A DNA stretch of 63,881 nucleotides, the filler included, from Octopus bimaculoides (taxonomy: Eukaryota): assembly GCF_001194135.2 (NCBI RefSeq). It is 8 parts of 8 records of this genome, joined end to end, with 100 filler letters (N's around TTAATTAATTAA, not from the genome) between each part and the next. Parts side by side here need not be neighbours in the genome. Positions count along the whole stretch, not along the records: positions 1 to 20,042 come from NC_068985.1; 7 more parts are not named here. The stretch is one strand, 5' to 3'. Position numbers and translations under genes: made by a program. How positions within the stretch are numbered: the first letter of the stretch is position 1; the number at the start of each line of letters is the position of its first letter. This document shows positions 1 to 11,867 of this stretch, one piece after another. The notes under the pieces are model-generated. The model saw only the letters and a list, made by a program, of their open reading frames with translations. It did no database searches and had not been told where the DNA came from.

Positions 1-27
1 AGTATTGGTGATGGCAATAATGCGACC

Positions 28-57
28 CTGAAGAGATGGAGTATCCAGAAATATGTT
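28..57 (+). ncRNA. Decayed hammerhead ribozyme core
   Basis: CTGAAGA (28-34), TGGA/TCCA mini-helix (37-47), GAAA (48-51); stem I/III not recoverable. Confidence 0.3.
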
Positions 58-1579
58 GTAATTTGTTACAATATTTTACGAGACATCTTATGATGTGGTT
101 TATTTATCCGGGATACCCTATTGAAATGTGCATAGGTTGGGCTTATTGTGGTTGTTTCTGTTATTATAATTGTTGCTGCAATAAAGTATCTTCAATGCAT
201 TGGATTTGAGCTCTATCCTTTAAGAGACATGGACACATATATATATACAAAACCTCACCTGTGATCTTTTTGCTAAGACTGTTAACAGATACTATATATA
301 TTTTGTAAAATTTGTTTTATAAAAGTATATATTTAATATATATATCTATATATTTATTTATTTATTTATATGTATATATATATATATATATATNNNNNNN
401 NNNNNNNNNNNNNNNNNNNNNNNNNNNNNNNNNNNNNNNNNNNNNNNNNNNNNNNNNNNNNNNNNNNNNNNNNNNNNNNNNNNNNNNNNNNNNNNNNNNN
501 NNNNNNNNNNNNNNNNNNNNNNNNNNNNNNNNNNNNNNNNNNNNNNNNNNNNNNNNNNNNNNNNNNNNNNNNNNNNNNNNNNNNNNNNNATAACATATTC
601 CGCCATAATTTGACATCTTGCAGGAAAAATAGAAAACACAATAGCCTATACAAAAATAAGATTAATTCTTTTAAAACGACAAAATCTATGAACTAGAGTA
701 TGGTTAGGCGATAATTGCTTACTCAAAGTAACCTCCCTCACATTCCATCACAACCTCAAGACGGTGGTTCTGAAAAGTTGCGTTTTCTTCCCTGTGGCTC
801 TGAGATCTTCTAACGCAACCTCGGTCTTAGTCACAAGCTCGAGCGATTAGAGTCTATCTCAAAAGCGGCTCACTCATAATAAACCACAGGATTAAAATCG
901 GAGGAAAGTGATGGAACAGAAATTAGTGCAAATACTCTTTAGTGACATAGCCAGAAATGAATCATAATGCAATATATATGGCCTTCAAACTTCATCGCTC
1001 TGCAATCATAGTCTCTCTTACAGACATCTAATGCACGTCTTACAACTTTTGCAACGTTCACTAATAATTGGCCAAGAGGCAAGATCTCAATATTTTCATA
1101 TCTGGTGAAAATTATAACACATTTAAACTCTTTGCTAATATTCAGACGGCTCAAAGCTACAAGTTTAATCTTTAGGCTTTCCAACGCCGTTGACGATTCA
1201 CTAATATACTAAGCTGTACCTGAAAGAAGAAACATAAAATAATCGTCGAATTTACCACGAATACACAATATCAATGGATGTATGCACATTCTTGCACACA
1301 CACACACACACACACATACACGCATATATATATTAAAAGTTCCACAAATACAGAAATTAACGATATACACAATAAAATTATTACTGGGGCCGATAGTATC
1401 GAATAACGCTTGAAGCACCTGCACCAAAATGACAGCCTGCACGGTCATCAAAGATTCTCTATTTATCAATCTTCCAATCTATATATATGAAGTTATCTGT
1501 AAGTACACACACANNNNNNNNNNNNNNNNNNNNNNNNNNNNNNNNNNNNNNNNNNNNNNNNNNNNNNNNNNNNNNNNNN

Positions 1580-1621
<42 letters not shown>

Positions 1622-1730
1622 TAACATCTACGTATCTGACTTCATACATTCACATACACACACACACTAACATATACACACACACATACATACGTATGTG
1701 GTCATATATATATAGTGATAGATAGATAAT

Positions 1731-1787
<57 letters not shown>

Positions 1788-2411
1788 TTGAGACAAACAT
1801 GTGCACAGAAATTTTTCATATAAATCCGTGTGCGCAAAGCATTGCTGGGGGAATGTAAAACGACGTTTACACGCAATGGTACAAAATTGATAATATTGAA
1901 CATATGCAGGGATTAGATAATTCTTCTTCTCATTCTAACCAACTCGATCATAAATACATTAAGCCATTTATGTCACTGATTCTTTTCCTCTCATTCTCTT
2001 AATACTTTTCTTTAATCCGACGTCTACAGGTAAATGACAATGGAGAGTGGATAGGAACAATCTATCATCCACATTCCACCCGCCACTTAGTTATGTGCGA
2101 ATATGCGAATATTCTGGAATATATATATATATATATATANNNNNNNNNNNNNNNNNNNNNNNNNNNNNNNNNNNNNNNNNNNNNNNNNNNNNNNNNNNNN
2201 NNNNNNNTATAATAGAAATATGTTACAAAAACAAAATAGAAACTACTCGTGGAAATGTAAGGGGAAAGTAAGAAGAAAACTAAGCGAAAATGTACATTGG
2301 AAATCAAAAAAAAGTAAAGGCATCTTATGAAAAGTAGCGATAGATATATACATTTAAATGAATTGAGGTAGGAATAAACGTAATAAAAGTCATTATTGTG
2401 AATTGTTAGAG

Positions 2412-2459
2412 ATTCAAAAGCATACCGGTTTCGTAACGTTACTAATGATTGGTTTGAAT
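2412..2459 (-). ncRNA. Fossil hammerhead ribozyme 3' of a PLE endonuclease
   Basis: Minus strand: ATTCAAA-cca-ATCATTA (4/7 to CTGATGA, correct spacing)-GTAACGTTAC-GAAA-CCGG-TA-tgct-TTTGAAT; palindromic stem III ACCGGT and 7-bp distal stem I. Confidence 0.4.
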
Positions 2460-2636
2460 GCACAACAATTACTGAACGGTGTCAGGCCCACTAGTCCCTG
2501 AGTAAAAATATTTTGTGTAAGGGAGGTAAGTAGTTCTGGATTTGGTGCAATTTGGGTAGATATAGATCTGTAATGTGAATGATGTATGGGATGTATGGAT
2601 GGTATTAATTGAAAGGTTAGTAGTGTTCTGTATTAT

Positions 2637-2975
2637 GTTATGTGTTCATATTTTATTGTGGACGATATTTATTCATGAAAGTTGCCTCTTTATTCATTCT
2701 TTGTTGCATTGTGGTGTTCTGTAAATATTGATAGAAGGGAAAAATTAGGAAATTAGGATTAAGATCCCTCGCACATCTTTCTATGTGTCCACTGACCTGT
2801 ATCTGTGTTTATTATGGGTGGCGGAATTGTTCTTTGTATAGGGTGGTTCTTCGATGGAGTGATATTCCTGCTTGGCCAATATAATTATTGCCACACCTAT
2901 GTAATGGCATAGATTAGATCTTCCGAGGCACAGGTGAAATTTGATTTAATCTTAAATATTTCCTCCAAAAGGGTG
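2637..2975 (-). pseudogene. Penelope-like element GIY-YIG endonuclease fragment
   Basis: Manual translation with a frameshift and stops: FKIKSNFTCASEDLIYAIT..CGNNYIGQAGISLHRRTTLYKEQFRHP..QVSGHIERCARDLNPNFLIFPFYQ..QQRMNKEATFMNKYRPQ; LIYxITC/YIG motifs. Confidence 0.85.
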
Positions 2976-3139
2976 GTCGTCATCACCACTAATAATAAAT
3001 AAAAAACATAAACATTAAGAAGCTTTTAACGGTTTTAGAGATATTTTAAAATTATGATGCTATGATGCTAGGGTGTTTCCATTATTTCGTCCAACCCATG
3101 TATATATATATTGTTAAAATGTAACCATATGTAAATCGT

Positions 3140-3270
3140 TGGCGATTTTTTTCTTCCGTCTTCCTTTTCTATCGGACTTGGGCTCGAAACTTTAAACCAT
3201 CTTTCTCTCCTTCCTTGAGCATCTGCTAATACTTTACATCTAGCACGTGCTCGCATTGTTGTTTTTTGTG
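3140..3270 (+). mobile_element. Degenerate relative of the HHR-like tail at 54545-54685
   Basis: GGGCTCGAAACTTTAAA followed by ctttctc..ccttgagc similar to the 54580-54615 region; 5' core missing. Confidence 0.3.
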
Positions 3271-3319
3271 TTTGTTCTTGGTTATTTTTTGGGGGGAGCG
3301 GATTTATTATAAATATATA

Positions 3320-3435
3320 TGTGTGTATATGTATATGTTTTTGTGTGTATGTGTATATGTTTTTGTGTGTATGTGTATATGTTTTTGTGTGTATGTACAT
3401 ATGTTTTGTGTGTATGTGTATATGTTTGTGTGTGT
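3320..3435. repeat. About 22-bp TG/TA-derived minisatellite, about 5 units
   Basis: Repeats of gtgtgtatgtgtatatgttttt. Confidence 0.8.
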
Positions 3436-4124
3436 ACAAAGGGGGCAGTACGGAATGTAAAACCAAAAAGGAAAAATTTAATTATCACTAATTTCGCGAG
3501 TAGTACCTATATTGCTAGAAATAATAGGTAAAAAAAACCCTTAGAACCGCAAGAAATCACGTTTTCTTGTACTGACAGGGACGATAACCGCTTAACAATG
3601 AGGTAGATCACTATACTAGTCTAATTTCGCAAAAATTTACGAGCTCTCTGAAATGTTTGGCTAAATCCTGACTGGCAGTATACCAGGTTTTATCAAACGG
3701 CTCACGCACTAATTATGTATAATTAAAAATAATTTATTTTACCTAAGTTTTAATCATTTCCTTCGAAATAGTTTTTTTTTTCTGTGCCAGAAAAAGAGAA
3801 GGATTTTCCTGAGAAGGCGTTTCACATTTTGTCGATCGCTCCTACCGGAAAACCTACTCAAATTTACATTATATATTTCAATTTCCTGCAGTTTTCCTGA
3901 ATCAGGTCCTGTGCAACAATATACGTGTTCGCATCAGCGTATATCTGCGCTTTTCTTACAGCATTAAGCTTATTTTAACTCTTATTTCTAGCAATGTGCA
4001 CCGACACATTTAGTGACGATTGAATTTTTCGTTTATGGTATCACACTGTGCTCACCTGCTTATGTTAATTTTTATATACGCATGAGCTCTCCGTCAAATC
4101 ATCCATATTTTATTTTATCGTAGC

Positions 4125-4494
4125 TTCCTTACTAACGACATGGTCCCAGGTTCAGTTCCACTGCGTGGCACCTTGGGCAAGTGTCTTCTACTATAGCATC
4201 AGGACGACTAAAGCCTTGTGAGTGGATTTGGTAGACGGCAACTGAAAGAAATCTGTCGTATATATGTATATATATGTATGTGTGTATGTATCTTTTTTGT
4301 ATCTGTGTTTGTCCCGCTAACATCGCTTGACAACTGATGCTGGTGTGTTTAGGTCCCCGTAACTTAGCGATTCGGCAAAGTAAACCGATAGAAAATGTAC
4401 TAGGCTGACAGAGAATAAGTCCTGGGGTAGATTTGATTCGACTAAAAGTGGTGTTCCAGCATGGCCGCAGTCAAATGACTGAAACAAGTAAAAG
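4125..4494 (+). mobile_element. tRNA-derived SINE, family A (head, internal TA/TG tract, tail ending gaaacaagtaaaag)
   Basis: ggttcagttccactgcgtggcaccttgggcaagtgtc head; same sequence at 21211, 29260, 35470, 53057, 54335, 58219. Confidence 0.9.
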
Positions 4495-4524
4495 GCTGAT
4501 TTAGCTGAAATTGTCCCGTTCGAC

Positions 4525-4583
4525 GAGTCCTCACTGAAGAGATCTACGGATTAGACGAAATAAGATGTCGAGACTGAGGATTC
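4525..4583 (+). ncRNA. Type-I hammerhead-like motif, near intact
   Basis: 9-bp stem I GAGTCCTCA/TGAGGATTC (one G-U), CTGAAGA 4534-4540, stem II G(A)TCTA/TAGAC, GAAA 4557-4560; triplet before the 3' stem-I strand is GAC, not NUH. Confidence 0.6.
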
Positions 4584-5119
4584 TTGAGTCGGCATGAGGC
4601 GGTTGGCTCCCCTGTCAGCATTAATCTGCCCTCTTCCTACAGCAGTAAGAGTATTTGAACTCTTATTTCTAGCAATGTAGGTGTGTCGGCACTCTCAGTC
4701 ACGCTTAGTGACGATTGAATTTGTCTTAATGGTATCACATTGCGTTTAGCTGCTTATATTAATTTCATGTGTGTGTGTGTGTGTGTGTAGCGAGTGTTAC
4801 CAAGGGTGTTGAATCACCTACATTGCTAGAAATAAGAGTTCAAATATATGGGAGGGTGTGTGTGTATCTGTGTATTTGTGTATCTAAGTGCGTATGTATG
4901 TATATATGTATGAGGTGTGGGTGTGTGCTTGTCTGTGTGTGTCTATGTGTATGTGTGCATATCATTGTCGCTATGTCACTCTATCAACCAGTCTATCAGA
5001 TGTGGTTAAACACCGTTGAACACAATGCACTTCCTTGCAGTGCTGCAGCTTGCGAATGATCCTGTCTTGCTGCTTCGGTGACCACCCCAACATTCTCATT
5101 GAACGAAACGCCATTTCAT

Positions 5120-5260
5120 CGTCGGGTTACTCATTTACAGGTGAAAGCATACTGGAGTAACCTGAAATAAAGTGTTCTTCGTTTTTCTCCAAAACACGAC
5201 GCACACTTTGTAAGGAAATCGAACCCCTGATCTTGTGATCGCAAGTGCAACACTATAAGA
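5120..5260 (-). mobile_element. Old tRNA-derived SINE fragment (family E-like)
   Basis: Similar to 60715-60872 (ggagtaacctgaaataaagtg...aaatcgaacccctgatcttgtgatcgcaag). Confidence 0.45.
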
Positions 5261-5984
5261 ATCAAGCTAAACCTTTTCAGACATATACACACACATACAC
5301 GTACTAACATATATCTGTATATAGTTTGTGTGTGTGTGTATACATACTTATATGTATATATGTATATATATATATATATACATACGCGATATGATAAAAT
5401 ATTAAAATATATTATTAAAAATATATGTGCAGACAGATGCGTATAATCCATGGCAACAGTATTCCTCTTCCATACCGCAAAGATTCAATGATATGATATA
5501 TGACTGATGAACCCAATTCCAACACTTTTGAGTATTAATACTGACTTTAATGCCGCCATTCCGCAACAGACTTTAGAAGAAATGAAATGAACAAACAGAA
5601 AAAACATGTGTGAAATCACAACTATAAGGCGAGTTTAAAAACTATTTATCAAGACTTTTATTTTGAATTTATACTTCTCCTAGTATGAAATTTATATATT
5701 TTTTGGCCGTTAATTATATTTTATGATTATTGCTTTTTTTTTTTTTTATCGTTACGAAATTTTTAAAAATATTTTTATATTTCTTATTTTTGTGGGGTTT
5801 TTTTTTTCTTTCTTCATCGTGTTTTCTTTTTAATTGATTTATGTATATTAAAAAATGTGTGGTTGATATTTTTTTTTTTTATTCTGCTGTGGGGATGGAA
5901 TTCGCATTTTCGTTTTTGCTTTTCGGCATTGTTGTTCATTTGAAAGGTAATTTTTTTTTTCTTTTCGTTTTAAAGGTCGAGGTG

Positions 5985-6442
5985 ACATCAACGTCCACAT
6001 TGTCATCATCATAGTCGTCGACATCGTCATCATCATCATCCTCATCATGATCATCATCGTCGTCCACATCGTCGTCATCATCATCCTCATGATGTCTATG
6101 GATGCAAACATTGCCATTTGTATTATTGCAGTAAGTGACATCAATTTCGTTATGATCAACTCACCACCACCACTACCACCACTACCACCACCATCACTCC
6201 CCTACCATTATCCTCAACATCAACATCGTCATCATCGCTGCCAGCGACATCCTCCTCCTCAACATCATCATCATCTACATTGATATCATCAGTGCCGGCT
6301 CCACCGCCACCGTCACCACCGACACCATCACCACCGCCGGCACTACCACTACAACCACCACCACCAACAACAACAACAACAACAGATGCTGCTACTACAA
6401 ATACTACTACTACTACTAGTACTACTACTACTACTACTACTG

Positions 6443-6475
<33 letters not shown>

Positions 6476-6588
6476 TTACTACTCCTACCACTACTACTAC
6501 TACTACAGCACCATTCCTCTTTCCTCCAATCTTTTGCTTCTCGAGATTTCTCCACCTCATCATCATCATCATCATCATCATCACCACC

Positions 6589-6620
<32 letters not shown>

Positions 6621-7140
6621 TACAAACACCCCCGATTGCAACGTTGTCGCTTTCACCATCTTCCCAATATCATCGTAGTCCTCCTACACCTACTCCTCAT
6701 CCTTAAACACATTCCTCTTGCTACCATCATCAGCGCTCTCGCACTTTTCAGAACGAGCATCATCATTCTCACCGATTACATTCTTATCAGTGACGTCATA
6801 TTTAACGGTGAAATAGCGTTTAGGATCATGAAGAGGAGGAGGATCATGAAGAAGGGGAGAAGGATCGTGAAGAGGAGGGGAAGGATCATGAAGGGGAGGA
6901 GAAGGATCATGAAGAAGGGGAGAAGGATCATGAAGAGGAGGTGAAGGATCATGAAGAGTAGGAGAAGGATCATGAAGTGGAGGAGAGGGATCATGAAGAG
7001 GAGGAGAAGGATCATGAAGTGGAGGTTCATCACAACGGAGACGAAGAAGAAAACGATGACAGCGGAGTTGATGATCATCATCATAAGCATCACCATCGTT
7101 GTCTTAATTGTCGTCATCGTCATCCTCATCATCATTACCC

Positions 7141-7171
<31 letters not shown>

Positions 7172-7209
7172 CATCATCGTCGTCGTCGTCATCATCATCG
7201 TCATCACCG

Positions 7210-7241
<32 letters not shown>

Positions 7242-7448
7242 TCCATCATCATCATCGTCATCGTCATCATCATCATCATCGTCATCATCATCATCATCAT
7301 CATTATCATCATCATCAGCCTCATCAATACATCCACCGCCATCATCATGTTCATGATCATCGTCACCGCCGTTGTAGCCACCTTCATCAACATCGTTGTC
7401 GTCGTCGTCGTCATCATCATCATCATTTTCATCATCAATGCCACCACC

Positions 7449-7495
<47 letters not shown>

Positions 7496-7589
7496 TACCA
7501 TCATGCTCATGATGATGATGATCATCATTACCATCATCATCATCATCATCATTACCATCATGCTCATGATGATGATGATGATGATGATG

Positions 7590-7621
<32 letters not shown>

Positions 7622-7622
7622 T
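5985..7622. repeat. Compound trinucleotide array (CAT/CAC/CGT/TAC/CAA)
   Basis: Visible simple repeats; explains the poly-H, I, M, T, S ORFs. Confidence 0.95.
6824..7026 (+). repeat. 21-bp minisatellite, about 10 units (gatcatgaagaggaggagaag)
   Basis: Units read DHEEEEK in one frame; one unit carries an in-frame TAG (6959-6961). Confidence 0.9.
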
Positions 7623-8553
7623 TTCACGTTCTTAAATGTATTCCTTCATTTATTTACATTATTTATTCATTCATTTATTTTATTTGGTTTCTTACTTGAT
7701 GAATTTCAAAATATTTCTGTATGTACTTGTTTCTCCCTATGGTACAGAAAAAGGAAACAAATATATATATATTTGTGTATTTATTTGTATGTCTCATGCA
7801 CATCTTGTCTCTTGACATAAAGCTGTCCGATCCTTGACATTCAGCTATTTTCAAGGGATTCCTAATGTTTGTTTATTTCTCGCTACATTCACTATCGCAT
7901 ACATCTCATGTTATTTTCATTTCTCTCGCTATANNNNNNNNNNATATATATATACATATATATACTGACAAAGATTTGTCTGTCTTATCTGCATCTGTTC
8001 ACTTTGTGAAACTGTCTCTCTCTATATCTATCACGTTGCTTATGTACGTCAAGGTACCTAACCTTAATATTATCTCTTTATCCCTCTTTATAAACACACG
8101 AACGCAGGCGCGTACTCAGTGGTGCATAAACAAACTCAACAGCCATAGTTTTATACCTAGCTAACTATATTTCTGCTCGTCTGTCTACTTGCTTATCTGC
8201 TTATCTATAACGTTACCAATATCCTTGTTTTGTTTTTTTTAAATATATATATATAGATAGATTAGGCATAAGCAGAGCCACTGAAAGTTGGCTTTAAAAT
8301 ACATAGCGTATTTTATAAATATGCCTGTTCAAGTATCATAACAGCATGAAATTCTCAGTACACCTATCCGTTGTGTATTCAGTTATATGTGCATGTGTGC
8401 GCGTATATATACATATATATGTACATATACATATTTATATATTTACATACATACATATATACATATATATATATAAATATACAGGTGGTGTTATTAAGTT
8501 AGACATGGCCTGGACCAATCTTTGGTCGAAACATATCTAAGTTTATCTAAGTT

Positions 8554-8589
<36 letters not shown>

Positions 8590-9498
8590 TATNNNNNNNN
8601 NNNNNNNNNNNNNNNNNNNNNNNNNNNNNNNNNNNNNNNNNNNNNNNNNNNNNNNNNNNNNNNNNNNNNNNNNNNNNNNNNNNNNNNNNNNNNNNNNNNN
8701 NNNNNNNNNNNNNNNNNNNNNNNNNNNNNNNNNNNNNNNNNNNNNNNNNNNNNNNNNNNNNNNNNNNNNNNNNNNNNNNNNNNNNNNNNNNNNNNNNNNN
8801 NNNNNNNNNNNNNNNNNNNNNNNNNNNNNNNNNNNNNNNNNNNNNNNNNNNNNNNNNNNNNNNNNNNNNNNNNNNNNNNNNNNNNNNNNNNNNNNNNNNN
8901 NNNNNNNNNNNNNNNNNNNNNNNNNNNNNNNNNNNNNNNNNNNNNNNNNNNNNNNNNNNNNNNNNNNNNNNNNNNNNNNNNNNNNNNNNNNNNNNNNNNN
9001 NNNNNNNNNNNNNNNNNNNNNNNNNNNNNNNNNNNNNNNNNNNNATATATATATATATATAATACAAAATGGGACAAGAACGCAAAACATCCAGACAGAA
9101 TATACAAAGAAAACAAGGACGGGTCATTCGGAGTTTTCCATCCTGAGTCGAATTCCAGATCATCTTTGCAATTTCGGCTGGTTATACTCGAGATTGCTCC
9201 AATCTGGCCAGCCCCAAGGAAAAACTACACTAAGAACATTAGATGCTTTTGAAGAAAGCAGCGAACGTATACGAAAACAAGGACTGATCCAGGGATCGAG
9301 GTATAGGAAGAGAGTTAGCTGCTTCAAACAATTCGTAGTAAATATTAAAAAAACAACTTTCTGGGACAAAAGTGTTTTATTAAGATGAAAGGCTGTGGAT
9401 TTTCTTTCGTATCGAAGAACGAGAAGATGAAAAAGTTTCTTTTATATTTTACCGCTGGTGACTAGATTTGCCGGGTGTACGAATAAGAATAGGTGAAT

Positions 9499-10733
9499 AA
9501 GTTGCGGAACGGAGTAGGAAACATCCGAGTTACATATGTTTCGTAGCGAGTGGAACCTCAGAAGTGGTTAAATCCAAGTGAGGTGTATACCTCCGGCTAC
9601 ACTTCAAGCCAAGGATATCTTGATTATATTAAAGGCTACACTGTCGCAAGGAGGAACATTTTGAAGCAAGGAATATTCTATCAGAATGTGTAGAGAACGC
9701 AGAATGAGAGGAATATATACATGTAATATATAATTATTAGGAGAGAAGAAAGAAGTGGGCGTGAGAAGGTACCTGAGAGAAGATAAGGTTTTGGGAATGT
9801 ATGCTGGTGTCTGCTTTAGTGGGTGTGGAGGAGCAATGGCCCAGTAGTTAGGACAGTGGACTCGCGGTCATAGGATCGCGGTTTCGATTCCCAGACCGAG
9901 CGTTGTGAGTGTTTATTGAGCGAAAACACTTAAAGCCCCACAAGGTTTCGGCAGGAGGGGGGGGGCGAACCCTGCTGTACTCTTTCACCACAACTTTCTC
10001 TCAGTCTTACTTCCTGTTTCTGTTATGCCTGTAATTCAAAGGGCCAGCCTTGTCACACTGTGTCACGCTGAATATCCCCGAGAACTACGTTTAGGGTACA
10101 CGTGTCTGTGGAGTGCTCAGCCACTTGCACGTTAATTTCAGGAGCAGGCTGTTCCGTTGATCGGATCAACTGGAACCCTCGACGTCGTAAGCGACGTAGT
10201 GCCAACAACATCTGTAAGCTTTGGTGGGTTACGACTAAGAAATTAGCCATTTTGATGTTGTTACAGAAAGAGATGCTAAGGCCGACGTTTTTAAAAAAAG
10301 CTTAATCTTTTTCTAGTTCGATTATCCGGTTACCAGAATTTTGGGTAGTGCAGTCAAATAACCTTGCTTAAATTTCCCCTTCCTCTCACTTCTCACTTAA
10401 TTATTAATATTTATAGTTTCTTCTTATATTTTCTTCTTTCTTTTATATTTACTTCGTATATTTCCTTATTTCTTCGCATAATAATTTCTCCTAATACGTA
10501 TTTCTCCCAACATCTATATACCCCTCGCATACTGTGTTCTCTACAGATTCTGATTGAATCTTCCTTGAGTCAACATGTACGTCCTGGCGACAATGTAACC
10601 TTTAATCTAATCAAGATAGCCTTGACCTGAAGCAAGCCCGGCGGTATACACATTACTTGGATGTTACCACTTCTGAAGTTCGGGCTCGCTATGAAACATT
10701 TTGCCCGGTTCTTTCCTACTCCATTCCGTAACT
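9499..10733. repeat. Diverged inverted repeat pair of about 260 bp (9499-9765 / 10480-10733)
   Basis: Reverse complement of 10480-10733 aligns by eye with 9499-9765 (ggagtaggaa..tgtttc.tagcgag..tcagaagtggt..atccaagt..tcttgatta.attaaagg.taca.tgtcg). Confidence 0.85.
9827..10209 (+). mobile_element. tRNA-derived SINE, family B, full length
   Basis: A box TGGCCCAGTAG, B box GTTTCGATTCC, body shared with 59838 and 63624, (CAA)n end. Confidence 0.9.
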
Positions 10734-10736
10734 CTT

Positions 10737-10803
<67 letters not shown>

Positions 10804-11822
10804 CGCGCACACATACACACACACATATATACATATACATATGTACATATACATACATACATATACATACACACACACACATATATGCATACATTAAAAT
10901 TAAAATAGACTGATACATGCATAAACAGATACATACATATTCACGCATAGATACACAAAGTGTTGTCTTCTTAGAGATAAAATACTTCGCAATATTTGCT
11001 CCACGATTCTGTATGACAAGTTCAAATTTCATCGAAATCTACATTCAATATCACTCTCTCAGATTCAACAAGTAACATATTACCCAGTCTTGTTACGGTG
11101 TTTGCTCACTCCAACAACTTCCATGTTTCAGTCATTGGATTGCAGTCAAACTAGACAAAGAATCTTCGTTGGTTTGGTCTCTCATAGGTACACCTTAATT
11201 ATTTCTGTTTGGTACTAAGTTATCCACTAGTTTGTAGGAGGCCACGGCGGACAAGATAAAATCACTGGTGTAAACATAAACACAGGAAGACATATTATAT
11301 ATAAATATATGTGTATGCATGTGTATATATGCATGATTGCCATCGTATTGTTCTGTTTTGTGGGTTCTAATTCCAACATTAAAAGACTGTTTAGGGGATA
11401 AAATTCAGATTCATTATAGATGTATAAATCTAATGGTCAAAAATGCGCATTCCGAAGGTGATGTGAGTACAACTCAGCTTGGTCGTGATTAGTATACAGA
11501 ATCAACAATATACGTCAACAGCATCTTATTCAGAAGAGACCGTACATTTTCAAAAACGCTGATGATGGCTTACAAATAATTTCAAACGAAAACGTAATGA
11601 AAATTGGAAAAAAAGAAGAAAAGGAACTTAAAATATCGTTATTTACTACGGATCCTTTATTAATACAAAACAGCAATCTGAATATTAAACTTAAAGCAGA
11701 TATTCTTTTTAAAGCCATACAACTGTGGTCGTCTCGAGAACGCTTTTCTTTTATATGTTTAATGTAAAATGTATAGAAATGCATCAGTAGCAGGCAGAAA
11801 GCGTTCATCGGTGGTAGAGGTA

Positions 11823-11867
11823 TTGTTAAATGTGTATTTCTACTTCTTTGAGTATCATCAGTAGCAA
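11823..11867 (-). ncRNA. Type-I hammerhead motif, near intact
   Basis: Minus: TTGCTA-CTGATGA-TACT caaaga AGTA-GAAA-T acac A-T-T^TAACAA; stem I 5/6 paired, AUU triplet, non-canonical U10.1-A11.1. Confidence 0.65.

Larger units (their letters stand above)
3933..4846. repeat. Diverged direct repeat (about 3933-4072 and 4614-4767) plus perfect 32-bp inverted repeat (4652-4683 / 4815-4846)
   Basis: Shared aactcttatttctagcaatgt..ttagtgacgattgaattt..atggtatcaca..ctgcttat; TATTTGAACTCTTATTTCTAGCAATGTAGGTG is the exact reverse complement of 4815-4846. Confidence 0.85.

Noticed and set aside
2040-2080. GTGGAT/ATCCAC hairpin
   Set aside because: Short, and no ribozyme core or family context seen.
5504-5540. 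CTGATGA as an HHR core
   Set aside because: No stem II or GAAA downstream.
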